Origin: Eubacteriales bacterium
GTDB lineage: Bacteria > Bacillota > Clostridia > Oscillospirales > CAG-272
NCBI GenBank assembly: GCA_045658525.1
Contig: JAZOVD010000041.1
Coordinates: 1-60,746, forward strand
Length of the DNA stretch: 60,746 nucleotides
Reading direction: 5' to 3'
The notes beneath the pieces were generated by a model that made no database searches, was not told the DNA's origin, and saw only the letters and a program-made list of their open reading frames with translations. How positions within the stretch are numbered: the first letter of the stretch is position 1; every line of letters begins with the position of its first letter. The position numbers were made by a program, and so were the translations under genes. Below are positions 46,645 through 57,000 of the stretch, one piece after another.

Positions 46645-47934
46645 GTGTTTAAATCACTTAGAAACGCATGGGCTATTCCCGAGATGCGTAAAAAGTTCCT
46701 CTTTACGCTCTTCATAATACTGCTTTACCGCATCGGTGCGGCAGTGCACGTTCCGTTTACGGATTATGAGGCAATGGAGGCAAGCTTTAACGTAGCCGAC
46801 GGAAACCTGTTCGCGTACCTGAATATACTTTCAGGTGACGCTTTCTCAAAAGCAACGTTGTTCGCACTTTCGATCTCGCCTTACATTACGGCGTCGATCG
46901 TTATGCAGCTCCTGACCATAGCAATCCCCGCTCTTGAAAGAATTTCCAAGAGAGGCGAGGAGGGTCAGAAGATAATAACCCAGTGGACCAGAGTAGTTAC
47001 CGTTATTCTCGGACTTCTTACCGCGTTCGGTTACTACATGTACATGAGAAACTACGGCTACCTCACCGATTTCGGTAACACCGTTCTCGGAGGCTTCGTA
47101 ATAGTTCTCTGTTACTCCGCAGGTGCGGCGCTCATAATGTGGCTCGCGGAAAAGGTAAACGACCACGGTATCGGAAACGGTATCTCGATCATACTCTTTG
47201 CCAACATAGTCGCAACGGGCGCGTCCAGCGTAATAAGCCTGGTCAACTACGCTCTTTCCGATGCGTGGAACCTCGTAATAATCGAGGTGATCGGATTTGC
47301 CGCTCTTGCTATGATAACCTTCGTAGTTTACATCACGAACAGCGAACGCCGTTTGCCTGTTCAGTACGCGAAGAAGGTAGTCGGACGTAAGATGTACGGC
47401 GGACAGAGCACCACTCTTCCCATAAAGCTCAATATGAGCGGCGTTATGCCGATAATCTTCGCGAACTCCATAGTAGCTCTTCCGAGTACCATCGAAATGA
47501 TAGTAACTCCTAAGAAGGGTGGCTTCTGGGAGAAGTTCTTTGACTTCTTCGCGTATGATTCAGTGGTATATGCGATACTGTTCTTCATACTCATCATACT
47601 TTTCGCGTACTTCTACATTCTTATCTCATTCAATCCTATCGAGGTAGCGAACAACTTGAAGAAGAACGGTGGCTTTATTCCGGGTATCCGTCCCGGTAAG
47701 CCTACCTCCGATTATATAACGAAGGTCCTTAACAGGATCACGCTTATCGGAGCACTCTTCCTCGGTATCATAGCGGTAGTACCGCTTATAGTAAACATCA
47801 TTCTCAACAACCAACTCGGTTCGATAGCGTTCGGCGGATCTTCGCTCCTTATAGTAGTCGGAGTTATCCTTGAAACGGCGCGTGAGATCGAGGCTCAGAT
47901 GACGATGCGTCATTACAAGGGCTTCCTTGAGTGA
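46645..47934 (+). CDS. secY: Preprotein translocase subunit SecY (GTG start)
   Basis: 429 aa with 10 TM segments; MFKSLRNAWAIPEMRKKFLFTL...; position after rplO. Confidence 0.96.
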   Translation: MFKSLRNAWAIPEMRKKFLFTLFIILLYRIGAAVHVPFTDYEAMEASFNVADGNLFAYLNILSGDAFSKATLFALSISPYITASIVMQLLTIAIPALERISKRGEEGQKIITQWTRVVTVILGLLTAFGYYMYMRNYGYLTDFGNTVLGGFVIVLCYSAGAALIMWLAEKVNDHGIGNGISIILFANIVATGASSVISLVNYALSDAWNLVIIEVIGFAALAMITFVVYITNSERRLPVQYAKKVVGRKMYGGQSTTLPIKLNMSGVMPIIFANSIVALPSTIEMIVTPKKGGFWEKFFDFFAYDSVVYAILFFILIILFAYFYILISFNPIEVANNLKKNGGFIPGIRPGKPTSDYITKVLNRITLIGALFLGIIAVVPLIVNIILNNQLGSIAFGGSSLLIVVGVILETAREIEAQMTMRHYKGFLE

Positions 47935-47972
47935 TAGCAAAAGCTTCAGAAAATAAAAATGAGGTTTCCTAT

Positions 47973-48611
47973 ATGAAAATAATCTTTTTAGGCGCTCCCG
48001 GCGCGGGAAAAGGAACACAGGCAGCGGCAGTAAGTCGCGAGCTCGGAATACCAACGATATCAACAGGAAACATGATACGGGAAGCAATAGCAAAAGGCAC
48101 TCCCGTCGGACTTGCGGCGAAGGATATAATCGCGAGCGGTAAGCTGCTCAGCGACGATATCGTAGTCGGCATAGTCAAGGAAAAACTTAAAAGCGTAAGC
48201 GGCGGATATATACTCGACGGTTTCCCGAGGACCGTGGCTCAGGCGGAAGCGCGTGAAGCTATGGGAGAGGACATCGACGCGGTACTCAACATTTATGTTC
48301 CGGACGACGTGATAGTGGAACGCTCCTCGGGCAGAAGATACTGTCCTAAGTGCGGCGCAACATACCACGTAACGTACAATCCGCCCGCGAGCGACGGAGA
48401 AAAAGCGGTCTGTACCGAGTGCAAAGCTCCGGTAGCGATTCGTGACGACGATAAGGCCGAGGTCGTAAGACAGCGCCTTGAAGTTTACCACGAGCAGACC
48501 CAGCCTCTTGAAGCGTTCTACGCAAAGAGAGGAAAGCTCAGGACTGTCATTGGTCAGGAGGAGGTCGCGGATACAACGCGACTGACCCTCGAAGCATTAA
48601 AAGGCAACTGA
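47973..48611 (+). CDS. adk: Adenylate kinase (zinc-lid form)
   Basis: MKIIFLGAPGAGKGTQ. Lid motif CPKCGATYH..CTECKAP. Confidence 0.96.
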   Translation: MKIIFLGAPGAGKGTQAAAVSRELGIPTISTGNMIREAIAKGTPVGLAAKDIIASGKLLSDDIVVGIVKEKLKSVSGGYILDGFPRTVAQAEAREAMGEDIDAVLNIYVPDDVIVERSSGRRYCPKCGATYHVTYNPPASDGEKAVCTECKAPVAIRDDDKAEVVRQRLEVYHEQTQPLEAFYAKRGKLRTVIGQEEVADTTRLTLEALKGN

Positions 48612-48612
48612 T

Positions 48613-49368
48613 ATGATAAAACTGAAAAACAGCGAACAGCTCGCAGCGATGAAAGAAGCCGGACGGATAACCGGAGAGGCACTTTATCTCGCGGGCGAAG
48701 CGGTAAAAGAGGGCGTAAGCACATACGAGCTTGACAGCATAGTGCGTGCGCATATCGAAAAGCAGGGAGCGAAGCCGTCCTTTCTCGGATACGGCGGATT
48801 CCCGGGAAGTGCTTGCATAAGCATAAACGACGAGGTCATCCACGGAATACCCTCTAAAAAGAGGATACTCCGTGAGGGTGACATAGTTAAAGTGGACGTC
48901 GGCGCTTTCTATCGCGGCTTTCACGGAGACGCGGCGAGGACCTTCGCGGTCGGTAACGTTACCGAGGAGGCGAAAAAGCTGATCGAAGTGACAAAGCAGT
49001 GCTTTTACAAAGGCGCGGAACAGGCTGTCATAGGAAACCGCATAGGCGATATAGGCTCAGCGGTTGAGGTACACGCCGCAAAGAATGGCTTCTCGGTAGT
49101 GAGAAGCTACGTTGGACACGGTGTGGGACACGAGCTTCACGAGGATCCCGAGGTACCCAATTACGGGAACGCGGGAAGAGGCGCGAGGCTGTGCGCCGGA
49201 ATGACCTTGGCAATAGAGCCGATGGTCAATGCCGGTACGTATTCGGTAAAGGTCCTTGGTGACGGATGGACGGTAAAGACGGCGGACGGAATGTTGTCCG
49301 CGCATTACGAAAACACCGTTGCAATAACAGAGGATGGACCGATACTTCTTACCGAAATAAACGGTTAA
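48613..49368 (+). CDS. map: Type I methionine aminopeptidase
   Basis: Motifs VDVGAFYRGFHGDAARTF, GHGVGHELHE and LAIEPM. Confidence 0.95.
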   Translation: MIKLKNSEQLAAMKEAGRITGEALYLAGEAVKEGVSTYELDSIVRAHIEKQGAKPSFLGYGGFPGSACISINDEVIHGIPSKKRILREGDIVKVDVGAFYRGFHGDAARTFAVGNVTEEAKKLIEVTKQCFYKGAEQAVIGNRIGDIGSAVEVHAAKNGFSVVRSYVGHGVGHELHEDPEVPNYGNAGRGARLCAGMTLAIEPMVNAGTYSVKVLGDGWTVKTADGMLSAHYENTVAITEDGPILLTEING

Positions 49369-49394
49369 AGTCATAAAGGTTTGGAGGGATAATT

Positions 49395-49613
49395 CTGGCT
49401 AAGGATGATGTAATGGAATTTGAAGGCACGGTAGTGGAAGCACTTCCGTACGCCGCCTTCAAGGTAAAGCTTCCCAACGGTCATATAGTGACCGCTCATA
49501 TATCGGGAAAGTTAAGAATGAATTATATCTGGATTCTGCCCGGCGATAAGGTTACGGTTGAGGTATCGGTTTACGACCTCACGAAGGGACGTATCACGTG
49601 GCGTGCAAAATAA
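49395..49613 (+). CDS. infA: Translation initiation factor IF-1 (non-AUG start, CTG 49395 or ATT 49392)
   Basis: The conserved N-terminus [17 protein letters not shown] lies upstream of the first ATG (49413). GGAGGG RBS at 49383-49388. The 72-aa product matches the canonical IF-1 length. Confidence 0.85.
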   Translation: MAKDDVMEFEGTVVEALPYAAFKVKLPNGHIVTAHISGKLRMNYIWILPGDKVTVEVSVYDLTKGRITWRAK

Positions 49614-49631
49614 GAAAGGAATGGTAGAAAA

Positions 49632-49745
49632 ATGAAAGTTAAACCATCCGTAAAGAAAATTTGCGATAAGTGCAAAATAATCAAGCGCAAGGGAATCGTA
49701 ATGGTAATTTGCGAGAACCCGAAGCACAAACAAAGACAAGGCTAA
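49632..49745 (+). CDS. rpmJ: 50S ribosomal protein L36
   Basis: [37 protein letters not shown]. Falls below the ORF-track size cut-off. Confidence 0.96.
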   Translation: MKVKPSVKKICDKCKIIKRKGIVMVICENPKHKQRQG

Positions 49746-49764
49746 AAGAAGGAGTGTAAACAGC

Positions 49765-50133
49765 ATGGCTCGTTTAGCAGGTGTAGATCTTCCGAATTCA
49801 AAAAGGATCGAAATAGCCCTTACCTATATCTACGGAATCGGCAGAAAGAGCGCAAACGACATCCTTGCCAAGACCGGTATCAATCCCGATACCAGAGCAA
49901 AGGATCTGACCGATGACGAAGTTGCAAAGCTTCGTGACGAGATACAGGAAAATTACAAGGTCGAGGGTGACCTTAAACGCGACGTAGCGATGGACATCAA
50001 GCGCATGGTGGAAATCAACTGCTACCGCGGAATCAGACACAGAAAAGGTCTTCCGGTAAGAGGACAGCGTACAAAGACTAACGCCAGAACCCGTAAGGGA
50101 CCGGCAAAGACTATCGCTAACAAGAAGAAGTAA
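49765..50133 (+). CDS. rpsM: 30S ribosomal protein S13
   Basis: [26 protein letters not shown]. Confidence 0.97.
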   Translation: MARLAGVDLPNSKRIEIALTYIYGIGRKSANDILAKTGINPDTRAKDLTDDEVAKLRDEIQENYKVEGDLKRDVAMDIKRMVEINCYRGIRHRKGLPVRGQRTKTNARTRKGPAKTIANKKK

Positions 50134-50148
50134 GGGAGTGAATCAGGA

Positions 50149-50556
50149 ATGGCAAAAGCAGCACAGAGCGTGGCGAAGAAGGTAGTCAAGAAGCGTCGCG
50201 AGCGTAAAAATGTTGAAAAGGGCGCAGCACATATCCGTGCAACGTTCAATAACACCATAATCACCATAAGTGATGTACAGGGCAACGCAATATCCTGGGC
50301 TTCCGCGGGAGAACTTGGTTTCAAGGGATCCAGAAAGTCCACCCCCTTTGCCGCACAGTCGGCAGCCGAAACAGCGGCGAAGATAGCTATGGATCACGGA
50401 ATGAAGACCGTAGAGGTATATGTAAAGGGCCCCGGAGCAGGCAGAGAGAGCGCTATCCGTGCACTCGCAGCAGCGGGACTTGAAATTACAATGATAAAGG
50501 ACGTAACTCCTATCCCTCATAACGGTTGCCGTCCTCCCAAGCGCAGAAGAGTTTAA
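50149..50556 (+). CDS. rpsK: 30S ribosomal protein S11
   Basis: [19 protein letters not shown]... and [15 protein letters not shown]. Confidence 0.97.
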   Translation: MAKAAQSVAKKVVKKRRERKNVEKGAAHIRATFNNTIITISDVQGNAISWASAGELGFKGSRKSTPFAAQSAAETAAKIAMDHGMKTVEVYVKGPGAGRESAIRALAAAGLEITMIKDVTPIPHNGCRPPKRRRV

Positions 50557-50574
50557 TCAGGAGGTAAGTAAGAA

Positions 50575-51201
50575 ATGGCAAGATATACAGGACCCTCTTG
50601 CAGACTTTGTCGCAGAGAGAAAACTAAGCTCTTTTTAAAGGGCGACCGTTGTCTTAACGGTAAGTGCTCCCTTGAGCACCGTTCTTCCGCTCCCGGTCAG
50701 CACGGCGCGGCGAACGCAAAGGTAAAGGAATACGGTAAGCAGCTTCGTGAGAAGCAGAAGGCAAAGAGATACTACGGACTTCAGGAAGGACAGTTCAAGT
50801 CTTATTTCAAAGAGGCAGACCGTCTTGAAGGAGTTACGGGTGACAACCTTCTCATACTTCTCGAAAGAAGATTCGATAACGTCGTATATAGAATGGGAAT
50901 GGCAGAGAGCCGCAAGGAAGCTCGTCAGCTCGTTCTTCACGGACATTTCAGAGTAAACGGCAAGAAGGCTACTATACCCTCTATGCTTCTTAAAGCAGGA
51001 GATGTGGTTACGGTACGCGAGGAGAGCCGTTCATCTGCAAAGATCAAGGAGCTCGTAGAGGGACTTGATTCGAGAATAGCTCCTAAGTGGCTTGTAGTTG
51101 ACAAGGAAGCTGTTAAGGCTACCCTTGAAGCTCTTCCCACCAGAGAAGACATTGACTTCCCGTTCGAGGAGCAGCTCATCGTCGAATTGTACTCCAAGTA
51201 A
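50575..51201 (+). CDS. rpsD: 30S ribosomal protein S4
   Basis: [26 protein letters not shown]... Confidence 0.97.
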   Translation: MARYTGPSCRLCRREKTKLFLKGDRCLNGKCSLEHRSSAPGQHGAANAKVKEYGKQLREKQKAKRYYGLQEGQFKSYFKEADRLEGVTGDNLLILLERRFDNVVYRMGMAESRKEARQLVLHGHFRVNGKKATIPSMLLKAGDVVTVREESRSSAKIKELVEGLDSRIAPKWLVVDKEAVKATLEALPTREDIDFPFEEQLIVELYSK

Positions 51202-51285
51202 TACCCACCCCCGGCTGGAAACTGTTAACCGGCTGTGGGTCAGGGTGCCCACGGCTAACAAACTAACACAGGAGGGTAACGTGAT

Positions 51286-52236
51286 ATGATAGAAATAGAA
51301 AAACCAAATATAAGCACCATCGTCAATAGTGATGATGGAAGCAGTGCTACCTTTGTTGTCGAGCCGCTTGAAAGAGGCTATGGAACGACACTCGGTAACT
51401 CGCTGCGTCGGGTACTTCTCAGCTCTCTTTCAGGAGTAGCGGTAGTAAGTATAAAGATCGACGGAGTTCTCCACGAGATCTCCACGGTTCCCGGAGTAAA
51501 AGAGGATGTAACCGAAATAGTGCTGAATGTCAAGGGCATAACGGCAAAGCTCAACTGCGACGGATATAAGACCGTTGTACTTGACGTGACCGGCCCCTGT
51601 ACTGCAACTGCGGGAGATATAGCTCAGGATTCCGATATAGAGATACTTAACCCCGATCATGTTATCGCTACCGTAGGCGAAAACGCGCACCTGTTTATGG
51701 AGCTTACGTTCGGCCACGGCAGAGGATACGTCTCTCAGGAAAAGAACAAGCAGAACAATCCCGCGCAGATAGGTCTGATATATACTGACTCGATATTTAC
51801 CCCTGTTTACAAGGTAAATTACTCGGTTGAAAATACGAGAGTCGGAAATATGGTTGACTATGACAAGCTGACGATGGAGATAACGACTAACGGCGTAATA
51901 TCGGCAAAGGAAGCGATCTCGCTTGCAGCCAAGATACTCAACGAGCATCTCAAATTATTCGTGGATCTTTCTGATGAAGCGATTAATGCTGAGATAATGG
52001 TCGAGCGCGAAGAGACCATAAAGGAAAAAGTTCTTGAGATGACCATTGAGGAACTTGACCTGTCCGTAAGAAGCTTCAACTGCTTGAAGCGTGCGGGCAT
52101 AGATACGGTAGAGGATCTCGTCAACAAGACCACGGAAGATATGATAAAGGTAAGAAACCACGGAAAGAAGTCGCTTGAAGAGGTCATTCAGAAGCTTGAA
52201 TCACTTAACCTGAGTCTTAAAGCGGACGAGGAGTAA
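51286..52236 (+). CDS. rpoA: DNA-directed RNA polymerase subunit alpha
   Basis: [18 protein letters not shown] and the C-terminal domain [16 protein letters not shown]. Confidence 0.97.
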   Translation: MIEIEKPNISTIVNSDDGSSATFVVEPLERGYGTTLGNSLRRVLLSSLSGVAVVSIKIDGVLHEISTVPGVKEDVTEIVLNVKGITAKLNCDGYKTVVLDVTGPCTATAGDIAQDSDIEILNPDHVIATVGENAHLFMELTFGHGRGYVSQEKNKQNNPAQIGLIYTDSIFTPVYKVNYSVENTRVGNMVDYDKLTMEITTNGVISAKEAISLAAKILNEHLKLFVDLSDEAINAEIMVEREETIKEKVLEMTIEELDLSVRSFNCLKRAGIDTVEDLVNKTTEDMIKVRNHGKKSLEEVIQKLESLNLSLKADEE

Positions 52237-52304
52237 GTCTCGCCGTAAGCGAATATTTAACTTACGAAGTATTTAAGGATTATAACAATAAGGAGGTTCG
52301 TATA

Positions 52305-52718
52305 ATGGGAACCAGAAAACTTGGCAGACCTACCGCTCATAGAATGAGCATGCTTTACGGAATGGTTGCTTATCTTATCGAAAACGGTAAGATCGAGACT
52401 ACCCTTACCAGAGCAAAAGAGGTCAGCTCATTAACTGAAAAAATGATAACTCTGGGCAAAAAAGCGGGACTTGCAAACTTCCGTAAAGCCCTTGCGGTTC
52501 TCCCCGAGGAGACAGCTAAGAAGCTGTTTGACACAGTTGCTCCCAAGTATGCCGAGGTAAACGGCGGATATACTGCTGTATATAAGCTCGGACCGCGTAG
52601 AGGAGACGGAGCTGAAATGGCTCTTATCACTCTCACGGCACCGTCTGTACAGCTCGATACTCCCGCTACCGAGGAGAAGACTGAGGAAGCTAAGGTCGAA
52701 GTTGCTGACGCAGAGTAA
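52305..52718 (+). CDS. rplQ: 50S ribosomal protein L17 (short acidic C-terminal extension)
   Basis: LGRPTAHRMSMLYGMVAYLIENGKIETT. Confidence 0.96.
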   Translation: MGTRKLGRPTAHRMSMLYGMVAYLIENGKIETTLTRAKEVSSLTEKMITLGKKAGLANFRKALAVLPEETAKKLFDTVAPKYAEVNGGYTAVYKLGPRRGDGAEMALITLTAPSVQLDTPATEEKTEEAKVEVADAE

Positions 52719-52720
52719 GA

Positions 52721-52885
52721 TCTTCCTTCTTTCTTGAAAGAAAGAAGCAAAGAACTTCCCTCGCACGCACCCTTAATATGGGGCGTGCGAGGGAAGTGTT
52801 TTTTTGTTTTATTTTGCAAAAATCAACAAAGCTTCGAGTGTAAGTTTCTTTTTTTACAAAGAAGGAAAAAGAAGTGAAGAAGGGG
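52721..52885 (+). repeat. Intergenic hairpin repeat (divergent copy) directly after rplQ
   Basis: CTTCCTTCTTTCTTGAAAGAAAGAAG, stem CTTCCCTCGCACGC (52755-52768) / GCGTGCGAGGGAAG (52783-52796), TTTTGTTTTATTTTGCAAAAA, and a short pyrimidine module. Confidence 0.8.
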
Positions 52886-53015
52886 ATTAGAAATTTTCAG
52901 AGTAATACATTCTGTATGATTCGTACAACGCTCATCTTGACAATCTCAACACATTATGATATACTGACCGTATCGGATACTGACTGTATCGGAGAATTTT
53001 GAAAGGAGAACGGAA

Positions 53016-53825
53016 ATGATCACAGCGTGGTATGAGAGCGCGGCTGATAGAAAAGAGCACGTTCTTTTTAAGAAAAGAGTTATAAAACATGAGAGTACAG
53101 GATTAAGCAAATGGAATTCTATGCCGCATCTTCATAACTCGGTTGAGATCGCGTTTGGCATAAAAGGACTTTCGCAGGTTAAGGTAAACGACAAAATATA
53201 CGACATAAAAGAAGGAACGGTAGTTTTTATAGACCACTTTGAGCGTCATCAATATGATTTTAAAATCGGAACGGAGTGTTTTGTTGTTCTCATAAGCGCG
53301 AGCTTTTTTGACAGCATAAATAACCTCAAAAAATTAAAATTCCCAACGTTTATGGAAAAATGTGAGGGATTTGAAAAAATAAAAAGCTTTTTGGAGCTTA
53401 GCTATTCCACGTGCGATATGGATTCTATGGTATATAAGATAGGATTTATCAATATGCTTATCTCTATGATGATGCAGATATATCCTTATGAGCTTGATAA
53501 CGAACGCGCTAAGATCGGAGAGGTGCTGATAGAGGTATTAAAGTACATAAATGAGAATTGTACAGAAAACATTACCGTTTCCGATATAGCGAAAAGGTTT
53601 GGCTATTCTCCTAATTATCTTTCAATGCTGTTCAATAAATACGTTGAAATGAGCTTCCGTGAATATCTGAACAGACGCAGAATGGCTGAATACATAGAGA
53701 TAAGAAAAAATCAACCGGATCTTCCGAGCTGCAAAGCGGCAGAGCTTTGCGGATTTAAGAATCTCAGTACGTTTTACTCTACTCTTAAAAAAATGAAGAA
53801 GGATAGCGATATAATAGACTGGTGA
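53016..53825 (+). CDS. AraC-family transcriptional regulator (cupin sensor plus HTH)
   Basis: 269 aa. C-terminal HTH ITVSDIAKRFGYSPNYLSMLFNKYVEMSFREYLNRRRM. N-terminal cupin-like HxH region. Confidence 0.85.
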   Translation: MITAWYESAADRKEHVLFKKRVIKHESTGLSKWNSMPHLHNSVEIAFGIKGLSQVKVNDKIYDIKEGTVVFIDHFERHQYDFKIGTECFVVLISASFFDSINNLKKLKFPTFMEKCEGFEKIKSFLELSYSTCDMDSMVYKIGFINMLISMMMQIYPYELDNERAKIGEVLIEVLKYINENCTENITVSDIAKRFGYSPNYLSMLFNKYVEMSFREYLNRRRMAEYIEIRKNQPDLPSCKAAELCGFKNLSTFYSTLKKMKKDSDIIDW

Positions 53826-53873
53826 GCGAAATTCTGAAAGCCTCTCCCAGAGGGCGAGCCTTTAATTTAACAG

Positions 53874-53905
53874 AAAAAGGAGAAATATTCTCCTTTTTTC
53901 TTTTT
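53874..53905 (+). terminator. Rho-independent terminator after the AraC gene
   Basis: AAAAAGGAGAA-ata-TTCTCCTTTTTTCTTTTT. Confidence 0.8.
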
Positions 53906-53956
53906 GTGTAAAAATAAAAATCGTAGATTTTCATAATATTGTGATAGGAAAAGGAC

Positions 53957-53985
53957 TGTACAAACAGCAATATATGTGGTATAAT
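53957..53985 (+). promoter_or_regulatory. Candidate extended -10 promoter of the giant secreted-protein gene
   Basis: TGTACA (53957-53962), a 17-nt spacer ending in TGg, then TATAAT (53980-53985), about 65 nt upstream of the ATG at 54051. Confidence 0.5.
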
Positions 53986-54050
53986 AAGTATGCACAATGG
54001 GTGCTTAGTTTAAAAATTTCAAGTAACTGTGAAAGGAGTATTTAACGGTT

Positions 54051-57000
54051 ATGAAGATTAAAACAAGAATAACTTCGTTTCTCTTGCTGCTCTGTATGCT
54101 GATAGGTATGATGCCTTTATCAGCTATATCGGTGTTTGCAAGCGGAGACAGTACGGAAGAAAAGGAGGACGCAACGGTGAAGATCGAAGAAGAACTTAGC
54201 GATTATATTCAGGGCGGAACGCAAGAGTTTACTGACGACGGATATATAGGCATACCTTACGAGATCACCGTTTATTACGATGCATCTAAGGGCTCGACTA
54301 AGTCAGGCTATAACGGAACTCCCGTAATACTGTACATAGTAAACAGCTCAGCTGAAAGACTTGGAACCGAGACTGACGTAAATATCATTACGTCTATGAT
54401 TGAACGCGGATACGTCGTAGCGGTCCTCGACTATTTAAATAACGCAAAGGCTGTAAGCCCCGGACTTGAATATTCTGTCCAGAAGATAAGAACGAAGCTC
54501 AGAACCGGTACTTACTTTAAAGACAAGACCCTGTTCCCCGGCAGTGCTTACCACGAGAACCACGCAGTTCCCGCGGGACATAACGTAAGTCTCAGTAACG
54601 TTTTCTATGAGATAGATAAGCACGGAACTGACGGAACTATCGAAAGAATAGTTCACGTCTGGAACGAGGATTTCAGAGGCGTAAAGCGTGATACAGTCGT
54701 CAAATGGGTGGACGAGGACGGAAACCGCAAGACCACTCAGAACGGCTTTGATGACGGTAAATACCCTGTCGAGCCCGTTTGGTACGCCGACGCGGCGGGA
54801 ACAACGGTAGATAACGAAAAAGGTCAATATACAAGGTTGAGATACACCAAGGCAATGACGATAACCGATTGCGTTCAGAAGGACGGAAGCCCTCTTGATT
54901 TCAGCCTTTATATGCACGTCATTTATCCCGATAAGCCTTTAAATGACGTTCCCGTAATGACGCTTGCAAGCTCGTCCGAGCATATTACGTCGGGAACTTA
55001 TACCGAGTCAAGACCCTATCTTGTAGGCTATTCTCTTAACGGATACGCGGTATCTGTTTACGACTTTGAGTACGTTCCGATGTCGAGAAACGACCATTAC
55101 GGTTATTTCTCGGGCGATCAGGTGGGCGGTATAACGGGTCAGAACGGAACGTTCGCGCTCGGTTCGTTCAACAGAAGTAACTACAATACCGCGGCAATAA
55201 GATACCTTCGTTATCTTTCGATAACAGACCACGATACCTTTAAGTTCGATAACGATAGATTCGGTCTTTACGGAAACTCCAAGGGAGGATTCCAGACCTT
55301 CCTCGGTGCGGCGGCACTTCGAGAGAGCGCGACTGTTGACGAGTTCGGCGGAAGCGCAGAGGCTCTTGCGGCTTACGTTGATAAGAAGGTAGCGACCTTC
55401 TTAAACGATGGTTACATCGGCGCGACCGATCCTATTACGGGCATTCACACGAAATACGACGGTAATTCCCGTTATCAGAACGGTAAGACCGAGGATATAG
55501 TTAAAGGAAGCTACGTAGTTCATGGCGGAGAGTTGCAGCCTTGGCTGACCTATACCGACGAAAACGGCGTTCTCCGCGAGATACCCTCAGGACTTCAGTG
55601 GGTATATTCCAGCTGCGGCGGAACTACTATCCAGCCTTGGGAAAACCACGCTCCCGTATTTACCGCGGCTAACTACTACGATAACTTCGGAAGCGGTTAT
55701 AGTACCCATAACTATCTTGAAAATCTTCTTCGTATATATGACATTCCCTCGTTGTTCTTCGAAGCTCCGCTTCAACACGACGTAATTTCCGGACTTGACG
55801 TAAACTACGGAGTAGATGGCTACGACGCACTCTTTAAGCATACGGCTTATTACCTTAAAGATACGCCCGTAAGCGTGGTTTACAGCATACCCGCAAACGG
55901 CGACGCGGGTGTAAAGACTACCGACGGTATAACCATCAGATTCTATGGCCCCGTTGCCGCAGAGGAGATAGCTAAGGTAGTTATCAAGGACGAAAACGGC
56001 AACGTAGCACAGGGCGAATGGGTGTCCGGCTACGGCAAGACCCAATGGGTATTTAATCCCGTTGCTCTTAACGGCGGTGTAAAATATACCGTAACTGTTC
56101 CCGCGTCGCTCAAAGGCGATAACGGTAAGGAAATGGGTGCAGAGGACAGCTTTACGTTCTACACCAAGGGCGAAAGCGCGGTTGACTTTGAGATAACCAC
56201 TCCCGTTTCCGTAACTAACGAGAACGGAACGTATTTCAAGTTCACCGTTCCTTCTTCGCTTACCGCGCCGAACAATACCCTTAAGCTCCGCTTTAAGGTA
56301 TCTAACGCCGCGGCTAACGTAGCGCAGATCTACGAGGCAAGCTCCGAGACCGACACTGCGGGTGCGATGATCGGCAAGATAAACCTCAAAGGCGCAGGCT
56401 ACTACGAGTACGACGTTACCGACTATGTAATGGGCAAGACCGCGGGCGAGACCGTTTACTTCCTCGTCAAGGCGGCAAAGGCGGTAGTCGATACCGTAAC
56501 CTATTCTCACGATTTTGCCAACATCGGTGATTTCGTAAAGGGCGGCTCGCTTTCTACACCTGAGTTCGTTACCGAGGTAGCGGGCGAGGCTGTAACGGCT
56601 ATGAAGGTCTATAACACAGGCATCGGTGGCTGGTATCCCGTTGTTCTTTCCAATAATAAGATAATAAACGGCGGCAAAGCAGTTACCGAGGACGACTACG
56701 GACGCACCTTTATGATAAAGCTCAGAGTTTATGATACGGCTTCCCGTCCGTTCCAGCTCTGGTTCAACGACTGTACCAACGGCTCGGAGACCACGGGCGA
56801 TTACAGTTACACGAGAACGGCTACTCACACAGTAGCGGGCGAGTGGATAGAGGTCAGTGTTCCTTATACCGTATATGAAATGGACTACGGTGTACAGGAG
56901 CAGGTAAAGCAGTTCAAGCTCGTTGCTTATTCCACGGGCGGAACCCTTGCTCCTTATTACATTGATAACTTCACTGTTACCGAGCACGTGACCGCGATAG

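Noticed and set aside
37530-52187. Numerous minus-strand ORFs of 60-265 aa within the ribosomal protein cluster (for example 37530-38243, 39081-39878, 40622-41290 and 45516-46178).
   Set aside because: All are antisense to highly conserved r-protein genes, and none has recognisable motifs or an RBS.
2031-52885. Possibility that the dispersed repeats are a CRISPR array or an insertion-sequence family.
   Set aside because: The copies are kilobases apart, not regularly spaced with short unique spacers. No cas, transposase or integrase gene and no terminal inverted repeats flanking a coding region were seen.
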